Below are positions 56,589-64,000 of a stretch of 64,000 bases of DNA, one piece after another. Position 1 is the stretch's first letter. Every line of letters begins with the position of its first letter. The translations under genes were made by a program, and so were the position numbers. The DNA is from Thermoproteota archaeon. Lineage in GTDB: Archaea; Korarchaeota; Korarchaeia; Korarchaeales; Korarchaeaceae. Location: positions 256,001 through 320,000 of the forward strand of contig JAOZGC010000002.1 in NCBI GenBank assembly GCA_027491915.1, given 5' to 3'. Below the pieces are notes generated by a model that worked only from the letters and a program-made list of their open reading frames with translations, had not been told where the DNA came from and did no database searches.

Positions 56589-57740
56589 TTGATGATATCC
56601 CACCAGCTGCTCCGGGTGGCCTTGCTGATATCCTCCAGGGACTTCAGGACCAGGAAGTTCAGGACAACCCTGACCCTGCTGGGGGTGGCCGTGGGCATAG
56701 GGACCATGGTGGCCCTGACCTCCGTGGCCATGGGGATAAGGGATCAGGCCGTCGGGATCCTGACCGAGACGACCGACTTCATGGTCACCCCAAAGGGGGC
56801 CTCGGAGTTCCAGGCCGAGATACCGGAGTCCCTGGCCACCCAGCTCAAGCTCTACCCCGAGGTGGAGGAGGTCGGCCCGGTCCTCTCCCAGATGGTCTTC
56901 ATAGAGGGCCAGCCCGGGTGGGCCATGGGGGTCACCGAGGAGACCGGCGGGGTGGTCGGGGTCACGCTGGAGGAGGGAAGGGACATAGAGAACCCGTCGG
57001 AGGAGGTCCTCGTCGGGCGCAGCATGGCCGACCAGCTGGGACTGAGCCTGGGGGACAACATAAGGATCAGCCCGTCGATGAACGAGCCCGGTAAGGTGTA
57101 CAGGGTCGTTGGGATCCTGCAGAACACGGGCAGCGTCGTCGACATGGGGTGCTACGTCGACTTGAGGGAGCTGCAGAGGATGATGGGAATGGAGGGGAGG
57201 CTATCCATGATATTCGTCAGGCTCACGGACCCCAGGCTCGGCGATAGGTTCAGGGAGCAGGTGGAATCCAGGTACCCGTGGCTGGAGGTCATAGAGCCCA
57301 AGCAGATAGCCAAGAACGTCGGCAGGGTGCTGGACATGATGAACAGCGTCCTGTTCTCGATAGGCTCTATATCCCTCCTGGTGGGAGCCCTGGGAGTCAT
57401 GAACACCACCATGGTCTCCGTCCTCGAGAAGACCAGGGAGATAGGGATCATGAAGGCCGTCGGCGCCAGGAGGTCCCACGTCCTCTTCATATTCCTGGTC
57501 GAGTCTGTCATGGTCGGGGCGGCCGGCGGCGCGGTGGGCGTGGTCCTTGGGGTCGGCCTGGCCAAGGCCGCCAGCGAGCTGATACCGAGGATGATAGGAA
57601 TACCGGCGCCGGTCAAGCTGACCCCCCTCCTGCTGGCCGGTCCCGTTGGCCTGGCGGCCCTCCTCGGCCTCGCGGCCGGCGCGTATCCCGCCTGGAAGGG
57701 GGCGAGCGTGAGGCCGCTGGAGGCGATAAGGTATGAGTGA
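56589..57740 (+). CDS. MacB/FtsX-family ABC permease
   Basis: RTTLTLLGVAVG, extracytoplasmic domain, NTTMVSVLEKTREIGIMKAVGA, YPAW..PLEAIRYE. Confidence 0.93.
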   Translation: MMISHQLLRVALLISSRDFRTRKFRTTLTLLGVAVGIGTMVALTSVAMGIRDQAVGILTETTDFMVTPKGASEFQAEIPESLATQLKLYPEVEEVGPVLSQMVFIEGQPGWAMGVTEETGGVVGVTLEEGRDIENPSEEVLVGRSMADQLGLSLGDNIRISPSMNEPGKVYRVVGILQNTGSVVDMGCYVDLRELQRMMGMEGRLSMIFVRLTDPRLGDRFREQVESRYPWLEVIEPKQIAKNVGRVLDMMNSVLFSIGSISLLVGALGVMNTTMVSVLEKTREIGIMKAVGARRSHVLFIFLVESVMVGAAGGAVGVVLGVGLAKAASELIPRMIGIPAPVKLTPLLLAGPVGLAALLGLAAGAYPAWKGASVRPLEAIRYE

Positions 57741-58608
57741 TCCGCCGGCCATAGAGCTCAGGGACGTCCGCGTCGTCTACAGGATGGGCCAGACGGAGAT
57801 TCAAGCCCTGGGCGGCGTGTCGCTCGCGATTGACAGGGGGGAATTCGTATCCGTGGTCGGGCCCTCCGGCAGCGGGAAGAGCACCCTGCTGAGCGTCATG
57901 GGGTGCCTCATGAGGCCCACCTCGGGCAGGGTGATTATAGACGGGGAGGACGTGACCGACCTGCCGGAATCGAGGCTCGCCGTCGTCAGGGCCAGGAAGA
58001 TAGGGTTCATCTTCCAGTTCTTCAACCTGATCTCGACGTTGACCGCCCTGGAGAACGTAATGCTTCCGATGATATTCGCCGGGGAGACCGACGAGGTGGA
58101 GATGAGGCACCGCGCGCTGGAGCTGCTCGACCTGGTCGGGCTGGCTGACAGGGCCGATCACCGCCCGGCCGAGCTATCCGGCGGTCAGCAGCAGAGGGTG
58201 GCCATAGCCCGGGCCCTGGCCAACGACCCGGCCATAATCCTGGCGGACGAGCCCACGGGGAACCTCGACTCTAAGACGAGCGCCGAGGTCATGGACCTGG
58301 TGGAGGACCTCAACGAGAGGCTCGGAAAGACCTTCGTCATAGTGACCCACGATCCCAAGGTTGCCGAGAGGGCCAGGAGGAGGATCTACATGCTCGACGG
58401 CATGGTCTACGACAGCCCCCCGAATAGGCTATCCACGGCGAGGTCCAGCGGGAGCGGGGTGGATCTCCGCGCCATCCTGGCCGAGCTGGAGGAGACCAGG
58501 CTGGCCCTGGAATCAGTGAGCCCCGACGACCCGATCTCCGACCTCAGGGAAAAGGTAATTACGCTGAGGATGAGGCTCTCTAGGATAAGGAGGCGCCTAC
58601 ACAGTTGA
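57733..58608 (+). CDS. LolD/MacB-type ABC ATPase with a C-terminal coiled-coil extension
   Basis: GPSGSGKST, LSGGQQQR, ADEPTGNLD, VTHD; about 55 extra C-terminal residues. Confidence 0.95.
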   Translation: MSDPPAIELRDVRVVYRMGQTEIQALGGVSLAIDRGEFVSVVGPSGSGKSTLLSVMGCLMRPTSGRVIIDGEDVTDLPESRLAVVRARKIGFIFQFFNLISTLTALENVMLPMIFAGETDEVEMRHRALELLDLVGLADRADHRPAELSGGQQQRVAIARALANDPAIILADEPTGNLDSKTSAEVMDLVEDLNERLGKTFVIVTHDPKVAERARRRIYMLDGMVYDSPPNRLSTARSSGSGVDLRAILAELEETRLALESVSPDDPISDLREKVITLRMRLSRIRRRLHS

Positions 58609-60785
58609 CGCCCAGCAGGAGGGCGCTCGCCCTGGCCGCGGCCGTCCTGATCGTCGGGGTCCGGACCGCGGCGGCCCAGCCGACCGGGACCAAGGAGGAG
58701 ACCGTGTACTACGAGATCCTCTGGAACGGCTCGGTGTCCGGGGGAGACGCGGAGGTCTCCCTGAGGTTGAGCAACCCCGGGGAGTCGAACGAGACCGTCT
58801 CGGTGTGCGACCGGCTGTGGTTCGGAGACGCCCGGGACGTGAGGCCGCTGCTCGGCTCCCGACCTCCGGATCTGACATTCGAGATCCCCGGGGGGTACTC
58901 TCTGTGCTGGCGCTCGATCCCCGTGGGCGCCGGGGGCGAGGTGGAGATAAGGTACGGGGCGAGGACGAACCTCAGCCTGCCCGCCGAGGTGTCCATCTCC
59001 ATCCTGATCAACGGCGAGCCCGCCGACCCCGAGGTGGTCGAGGGCCGCCCCTACCTGCCCGTCAGCCCGGGGGACGAGATAGAGGTGAGCGTGACCCTCT
59101 TGAACACCCTGCCGCGGCGGACCACCGATCTGGGGGTCGGGCGCCCGCCCCTGGGGTACAACCTCCAGCTGTCCATAAAGAGGGACTCCTTCACCGAGCC
59201 GGACTCCGACCCGGCGCCGGCCATGGTCCTCCCGTCCGGAGACAGCTGGATACTGAGCTGGTTCGGGGTCCTATGGGACGATCCAGAGACGATCTCCATG
59301 AGGTTCAGACTGAGGCCCTCGGTTCCCCTCGGGGTGGAGGACTTCCCGGATCTGACGGTCCAGCTCTCCACGGACACGTCCTCCGTGGCCGACCAGCTCG
59401 AGGAGGCGGCGGAGAGGTACAACGAGTCCCTCCGACTCCTGCTGAACATGAGCGATAGGCTCCAAGAAATGAGGGATTCCCTCTTCTGGCTTGCCTCCGG
59501 TCTGGAAGGAGCCAGAAGGGCCTTGACGGACTCCCGAAGCGGGCTGAGGGAGCTGGCAGACGGGCTCAGGCGGGCCGCCGTCGGTGAGGAGAGGGCGGCC
59601 GACGAGGTGGGTCGGGTCCGGGGGTACCTGGCCGACGTGCTGGACAGGATGGACTCCCTGGGGTCGACGGTCGACAGGGTGATCGAGGCCAATCGAGACC
59701 TCCTCTCCAAGCTCAAGGACCTCCTCTCCCAGTTTAACCTGTCCATAACCCTGCCCGGCGGCGGGATATCCGACCTGATCTCGTCGATGCGCTCCCAGCT
59801 GTCCGCCGCCAGGGGGAGGGCTGCCGCCACCATCTCCACCCTGGCCCGGATGGAGTCAACTCTGAGGAACGCCTCCGTCTCCCTGTCCGAGGCCGCGGAG
59901 GCGGCGGAGGCCGCCTTAGACAATCTAACGATATTGGACTCATCCCTCGAGTCGGCGGCCTCCGCCGCGAGATACGGAGCCTCGATCTCGGACGAGGCGA
60001 TCTCCAACATGACCGAGAGGATGGAAGACCTGAACTCCACCCTGTCGGACCTGAGGCTCAGGTCAGAGCTGGCGAGGCTGGGCGTCCCGTTCCTCGGCCC
60101 GGCCGAGGTGGACCCCCCAGATCCCGGGGTGGTGGAGGTCGTCCCGCGGCTCTCCAGGGAGGGTGGGTCGTGGGTCGTGGCCGACCTGATTCTTCCCAAC
60201 TCCACCGTGCCCGGGGGGGTGCTCTCCTCCCTGTCCATCCTCTCCGGTGATGGTGGAGGGATGTACCTGCAGGCCAACTGCTCCGGCTCCTGGACCCTGG
60301 CCGAGTTCCCGCCGTGGTGGAGCTCCCCCGGCGAGCTGATAGTCATTCCCCTGTGGAACCTGAGCGGCGCGGGCGGGGGGCTGCTGGGGGCCAGGGGATA
60401 CAGGGTGCTGATCCCCTCTTCAACCAGACCCTCCGTCAGGATCGAGGCCGATCTCGTCCGAGGACGCCCCATGGAGGTCAGGACGAGGATGGTCGTGTCG
60501 GTGGATTCCCCGGACCTGGCGGTCGGCCTGAACCTGTCCGAGCCGAAGCCCCCCGCCGCGGCCGCGGCGGAGGGGGACCGCGATGGGGAGGTGGAGGGGG
60601 GCCCCTCGGCCCCGGTTCTCCTCCTGACCTCCCTGGCCGCGGCTGGGGTCGCCGCGCTGGGTTACCGGAGGATCAGGGCGGGCAGGGAGAGGGAGAGGAC
60701 GAGGCTCCTGTCGGAACTCGAGAGGCTCAGGGTGGAGGTTGACCTGTTGATTGAGGAGGTCAGGGAGAAGCTGGGCGAGGGGTGA
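58605..60785 (+). CDS. Secreted, C-terminally anchored long coiled-coil glycoprotein (ABC system partner)
   Basis: Signal peptide, KEETVY start, heptad helical middle, many N-x-S/T sequons, C-terminal TM and basic tail; TTGA overlap with the ATPase gene. Confidence 0.75.
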   Translation: MTPSRRALALAAAVLIVGVRTAAAQPTGTKEETVYYEILWNGSVSGGDAEVSLRLSNPGESNETVSVCDRLWFGDARDVRPLLGSRPPDLTFEIPGGYSLCWRSIPVGAGGEVEIRYGARTNLSLPAEVSISILINGEPADPEVVEGRPYLPVSPGDEIEVSVTLLNTLPRRTTDLGVGRPPLGYNLQLSIKRDSFTEPDSDPAPAMVLPSGDSWILSWFGVLWDDPETISMRFRLRPSVPLGVEDFPDLTVQLSTDTSSVADQLEEAAERYNESLRLLLNMSDRLQEMRDSLFWLASGLEGARRALTDSRSGLRELADGLRRAAVGEERAADEVGRVRGYLADVLDRMDSLGSTVDRVIEANRDLLSKLKDLLSQFNLSITLPGGGISDLISSMRSQLSAARGRAAATISTLARMESTLRNASVSLSEAAEAAEAALDNLTILDSSLESAASAARYGASISDEAISNMTERMEDLNSTLSDLRLRSELARLGVPFLGPAEVDPPDPGVVEVVPRLSREGGSWVVADLILPNSTVPGGVLSSLSILSGDGGGMYLQANCSGSWTLAEFPPWWSSPGELIVIPLWNLSGAGGGLLGARGYRVLIPSSTRPSVRIEADLVRGRPMEVRTRMVVSVDSPDLAVGLNLSEPKPPAAAAAEGDRDGEVEGGPSAPVLLLTSLAAAGVAALGYRRIRAGRERERTRLLSELERLRVEVDLLIEEVREKLGEG

Positions 60786-60790
60786 GGGGA

Positions 60791-62053
60791 TCAGAGATAC
60801 CTCTCGAGCTCCCAGTCGGTTATCTTCCCTAGGGTCTCCTCCCACCCCCCGGCCGACTCCAGATAGGCCCTCCATTCGGCCTCCTGCCGCGCGGCCATCT
60901 CCTCCACCAGCCCCTCACCCAGTACCGACCTGGCCAGCTGGCTCGACCTGAGCTCCCGGGCGGCCTCCGCCAAGTTGGGCGGCAGGGTCTCCATTTCCCC
61001 GCCACCCTCGTACACGTTGAACCCGCTCTCCTCCGGCGGCTCCAGCCCGAGCTCTATCCCCTCGAGCCCGGCCGCCAGGGAGACTGCGGCGACCAGGTAA
61101 GGGTTGCAGGAAGCGTCTGGCGCCCTGAACTCGATTCTGCTGACCTTCCCCCCGTAGAAGGGCACCCTGACGAGGGCGGAGCGGTTCGACCTACCCCACG
61201 ACACGTAGACGGGGGCCTCGTGCCCGGGCACCAGCCTCTTGTAGGAGTTCACAGTAGGCGCGGCGACCGCCGTGATCTCCCTGGCCCTCCTCAGGAGCCC
61301 CGCCAGGAAGGCACTCCCGACCGGAGACAGTTCCCTGCCCCTCCCCATGACCGCCTCACCGCTAGAGGCGTCTCTCAGGCTCAGGTGCATGTGCATCCCA
61401 CTCCCGTTTATTCCCGAGAAGGGTTTGGGCATGAACGTGGCCCTCAACCCGAGGTCTGCCGCGGAGAGCCTCATCTCCTCCCTCATCAGGGAGACCAGAT
61501 CGCAGGTCCTCACCGGGTCGCCCCCCTCTATCACCAGCTCGTACTGTCCCGGGGCCACCTCGTGGTGGTACTTGACGGGCCTGCCCCCGGCCTCCTCAAT
61601 AGCGGCCGCGGCCCTCTCTATGACGGCCGAGGCCTCCCTGGGCGGGACCGAGAAGTACCCCCCGCGGTCAGCGGGCCTAATCCTCTTACCCTCACCGTCG
61701 TCCCTCACCAGGAAGAACTCCGGCTCCACCCCAAGTACAGGCTCAAACCCCATCTCCTTGGCTTTCTTGACGACCTTTCCCAGTATCAACCTGGGATCGC
61801 TCTCGAAGGGGCCTTCCGGCCCGGCCGAGTTGGCGAACACTATCCCCGGGGGGGATCTCAGGGTCTCGGGATCTGGGATCAGGGTCATGTCGCTCCTCTC
61901 TATCTTGGCGAACCAGGGTATCGAAGACCCGTCGAAGCCGGGGCTCGGGAGGTCGCCGCCGTCCCACCTGACCTGCAGTGATCTGAGGCGCCCCAAGTGG
62001 TCCGGGAAGAGCACCCTCAGGAAACTCGGACCGCTCTCCGCGCGCTCCGGCAT
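60791..62053 (-). CDS. glnA: Glutamine synthetase type I family
   Basis: FDGSSI, EPEFF, HHEVAPGQYE, ATFMPKP..NGSGMH.H, NSYKRL, NRS, RIEFR; start at ATG 62053. Confidence 0.9.
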   Translation of the reverse strand: MPERAESGPSFLRVLFPDHLGRLRSLQVRWDGGDLPSPGFDGSSIPWFAKIERSDMTLIPDPETLRSPPGIVFANSAGPEGPFESDPRLILGKVVKKAKEMGFEPVLGVEPEFFLVRDDGEGKRIRPADRGGYFSVPPREASAVIERAAAAIEEAGGRPVKYHHEVAPGQYELVIEGGDPVRTCDLVSLMREEMRLSAADLGLRATFMPKPFSGINGSGMHMHLSLRDASSGEAVMGRGRELSPVGSAFLAGLLRRAREITAVAAPTVNSYKRLVPGHEAPVYVSWGRSNRSALVRVPFYGGKVSRIEFRAPDASCNPYLVAAVSLAAGLEGIELGLEPPEESGFNVYEGGGEMETLPPNLAEAARELRSSQLARSVLGEGLVEEMAARQEAEWRAYLESAGGWEETLGKITDWELERYL

Positions 62054-62107
62054 GTAGCCCCAGTTTTTGGGGTCAAATTTATCATTTTCCCTCCAGGTGA
62101 AGAACAT

Positions 62108-62635
62108 ATGTCTAATTTTAAGGTGAGAAACGATACGATCGACCCAACGGAGGCGGCCGTCCTCAGGGCGCTGGCCAGATCCCCCAGGGCTTCCCTGAGG
62201 TCCCTGGCGGCCGCCGCGGGGGTCGCCGTGTCCACGGCGTCCAGGAAGATGGAGTCCCTCTCCTCACGCGGGATACTCAGGGGCTTCAGGGCGGTGATCG
62301 ACTGGGACATGCTCGGGTACGACCTCTTCGCCCTCATAGAGGTCACGGCCTCTCAGGGAAGGCTGACCGATTTGGAGAGGGAGATAGGGGAGGACCCGAG
62401 GGTCGTGGCCGTCTACGACGTGACCGGCGCCACTGACGTGATCGTGCTGGCCAGGTTCCCCTCCAGATCCGAGCTCAGCGATTTCGTAAAGGGGCTCCTA
62501 TCCGATCCGAGGGTGGAGAGGACGAACACCAGGATCATCCTCAACGTGGTGAAGGAGGACGACCGCGGGCTGGTGGATCTGATAGCCGGCGCCCCCCGCC
62601 GCGGTCGTTATATAGGCGCTAACAACAACGGCTAG
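62108..62635 (+). CDS. Lrp/AsnC-family transcriptional regulator
   Basis: HTH then GI..GFRAVID..LGY, VYDVTG..D, VERTNT; RBS GGTGA upstream. Confidence 0.92.
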   Translation: MSNFKVRNDTIDPTEAAVLRALARSPRASLRSLAAAAGVAVSTASRKMESLSSRGILRGFRAVIDWDMLGYDLFALIEVTASQGRLTDLEREIGEDPRVVAVYDVTGATDVIVLARFPSRSELSDFVKGLLSDPRVERTNTRIILNVVKEDDRGLVDLIAGAPRRGRYIGANNNG

Positions 62636-62647
62636 CCGCGACCGGAC

Positions 62648-63103
62648 ATGCTGAGGTCGATCGTCGAGGAGGCCAACCTGACCAGGGGGGAGGCCCGGTA
62701 CCTGAGGGCCCTGGCCGGGGAGTGCGCCAAGTCAGGCCGCCCGGTCGGCCCCCGGAGGCTCTCCTCTGTAGTGACCGTCAGCCCACCAACCGCCCTAAAC
62801 ATGCTCAGGCGGCTCGAGGAGAAGGATCTAGTGGAGTACAGACCGGGAGAGGGGGCCGTGCTCACCGACAGGGGTTGGGAGGCAGTCATGGAGCTGGACT
62901 GGAGGCACGGCGTGCTCGAGACCCTCCTGTACAGGTTGGGCGTTTCTCTGGAGGAGGCGTGCGACGCCGCGAGCTCGGGGGAGCTCTGCATACCGGCCCG
63001 AGCCCTGGCCAAGGTGTGCGAGTACCTCGGCCACCCTCCCCGATGCCCCCACGGGGATCCCATACCGCACCCGCCCTGGGCGCCGGGGGGTGACTCAAGG
63101 TGA
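62648..63103 (+). CDS. DtxR/MntR-family metal-dependent repressor
   Basis: YLRA..VSPPT..MLRRL..LT..G..RHGVLE..CPHGDPIP; TTATATA box at about 62608-62614. Confidence 0.9.
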   Translation: MLRSIVEEANLTRGEARYLRALAGECAKSGRPVGPRRLSSVVTVSPPTALNMLRRLEEKDLVEYRPGEGAVLTDRGWEAVMELDWRHGVLETLLYRLGVSLEEACDAASSGELCIPARALAKVCEYLGHPPRCPHGDPIPHPPWAPGGDSR

Positions 63104-64000
63104 GGTCGAGGGAGACCGCGCTGCTCCTGGCCGCCCTCGCGCTCTCCTGTTTCCCGGCGGCTGGGTTGAGCGCCTCCCCGCAGAGGCCCCTGGTCCTGGT
63201 CAGCGTGGAGCCGCTGGCGGCCATAGTCAGGGACGTGGCCGGAGACTTGGTGGACGTGGAGGTGGCTGTGCCCCCGGGTCAGGAGCCCCACTCCTTCCAG
63301 GCCACCCCAGATCTCGTCGACCTGGCTGGCAGGGCGTCGCTCTTCGTCACCGTCGCCCACCTGCCCGTGGAGGAGCAGCTGGCCGAGGTGGCCGACTGCC
63401 CAGTGATCGGCCTGGAAGACTACCGGGCCGAGGGGTTGAGGCTCCTCCAGATGCCGGGCGGGGAAGGAGAGGATATACACGGGTTCTGGCTCCTGCCGGA
63501 TAACGCCGTCGCCGTGGCCGCCGCCGTCTCCCGCTCCCTCGCGGAGATAGACCCGGAACACGCCTCCGAGTACGCCGCCGGATTGGAGAGATTCGGGGCC
63601 GAGGTGGGTGAGCTGAAATCAGAGATGGCCGAGCTATCTGCCTCCCTGAACCTGAGGGGCCAGGGGGTCTTGGTGTCCACCCCGGCCGAGGTCTACCTGG
63701 CCGCGGCCCTGGGGATGGTCCCGGCGTCCTCCATAGTCAGGGGCCCCAACGCCCTGATAGGTCCGGCGGAGGCGGCGGAGATCGGGTCGGCGATGGACAG
63801 GGGGGAAATAAGGTTCGTGATGGTCTCGGACGCGGTCATGGGGACCAAGGCAGCCGACTACGCCCTCCAGCTCTCCTCCGAGCACGGCGCCGCCCTCCTC
63901 AGGTCCTCGATCTTGAACGTCCCGGCCGGCGGCTACCTGGGATACATGGAGAGAAATCTGGGGATGATCGAGGGAAGCCTACGCTCGGGCTCTCCCGCCG
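63100..64000 (+). CDS. ZnuA/TroA-family metal ABC substrate-binding protein (3' truncated; absent from the ORF track)
   Basis: GTG 63100 reads MRSRETALLLAALALSC..LVSVEPLAAIVRDVAGD..PPGQEPHSF..DIHGFWLLP..IDPEH; open to the window end. Confidence 0.88.
   Translation, partial: MRSRETALLLAALALSCFPAAGLSASPQRPLVLVSVEPLAAIVRDVAGDLVDVEVAVPPGQEPHSFQATPDLVDLAGRASLFVTVAHLPVEEQLAEVADCPVIGLEDYRAEGLRLLQMPGGEGEDIHGFWLLPDNAVAVAAAVSRSLAEIDPEHASEYAAGLERFGAEVGELKSEMAELSASLNLRGQGVLVSTPAEVYLAAALGMVPASSIVRGPNALIGPAEAAEIGSAMDRGEIRFVMVSDAVMGTKAADYALQLSSEHGAALLRSSILNVPAGGYLGYMERNLGMIEGSLRSGSPA

Noticed and set aside
59051-60472. 473-aa Ser-rich minus-strand ORF
   Set aside because: Antisense to the coiled-coil gene, which has a signal peptide, a TM helix and operon coupling.
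62629-62638. CGGCTAGCCG palindrome, the same core as at 9538-9547
   Set aside because: A 10-bp GC-rich match at a stop codon is plausible by chance.
1-64000. CRISPR arrays, rRNA/tRNA genes, transposases, integrases, inteins
   Set aside because: None seen by eye. Nearly all sequence is accounted for by normal-length protein genes. tRNAscan-SE or Infernal would be needed to exclude small RNAs.

Overview
A GC-rich, very gene-dense archaeal chromosomal segment. An HMf-type histone, BRE/TATA promoters, TrpB2, archaeal CoaD, LipS1/LipS2 and an ATL-EndoV fusion point to a thermophilic TACK-type archaeon, possibly Korarchaeia (inference). About 65 protein genes are supported. In order: a membrane [NiFe]-hydrogenase operon with Isp1/Isp2 (DsrM/DsrK-like) partners, glyA, tldD/pmbA, moaA/moaC/moaD-E, ATL-EndoV, a four-subunit proline-dehydrogenase-like complex, the LipS1/LipS2/LplA/LplB lipoate cluster, transporters, glycosylation genes, histone, phosphatases, coaD, fused aconitase X, trpB2, prs, tmk, a MacB-type ABC system with a long coiled-coil partner, glnA, and the start of a DtxR-regulated metal ABC operon. 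I saw no tRNA, rRNA, CRISPR array or mobile element. The best leads are: (1) a minimal SerK-like ParB/Srx kinase translationally coupled to TrpB2, a candidate Ser to O-phosphoserine to Trp module; (2) a perfect 24-bp ModE-like operator in front of moaA, with a stand-alone ModE HTH gene in the window; (3) a MacB-type ABC exporter with a sequon-rich, surface-exposed coiled-coil partner; (4) a Cys-degenerate Isp2; (5) a membrane-anchored caspase/legumain-fold protein. All family calls come from reading motifs by eye, not from database searches.
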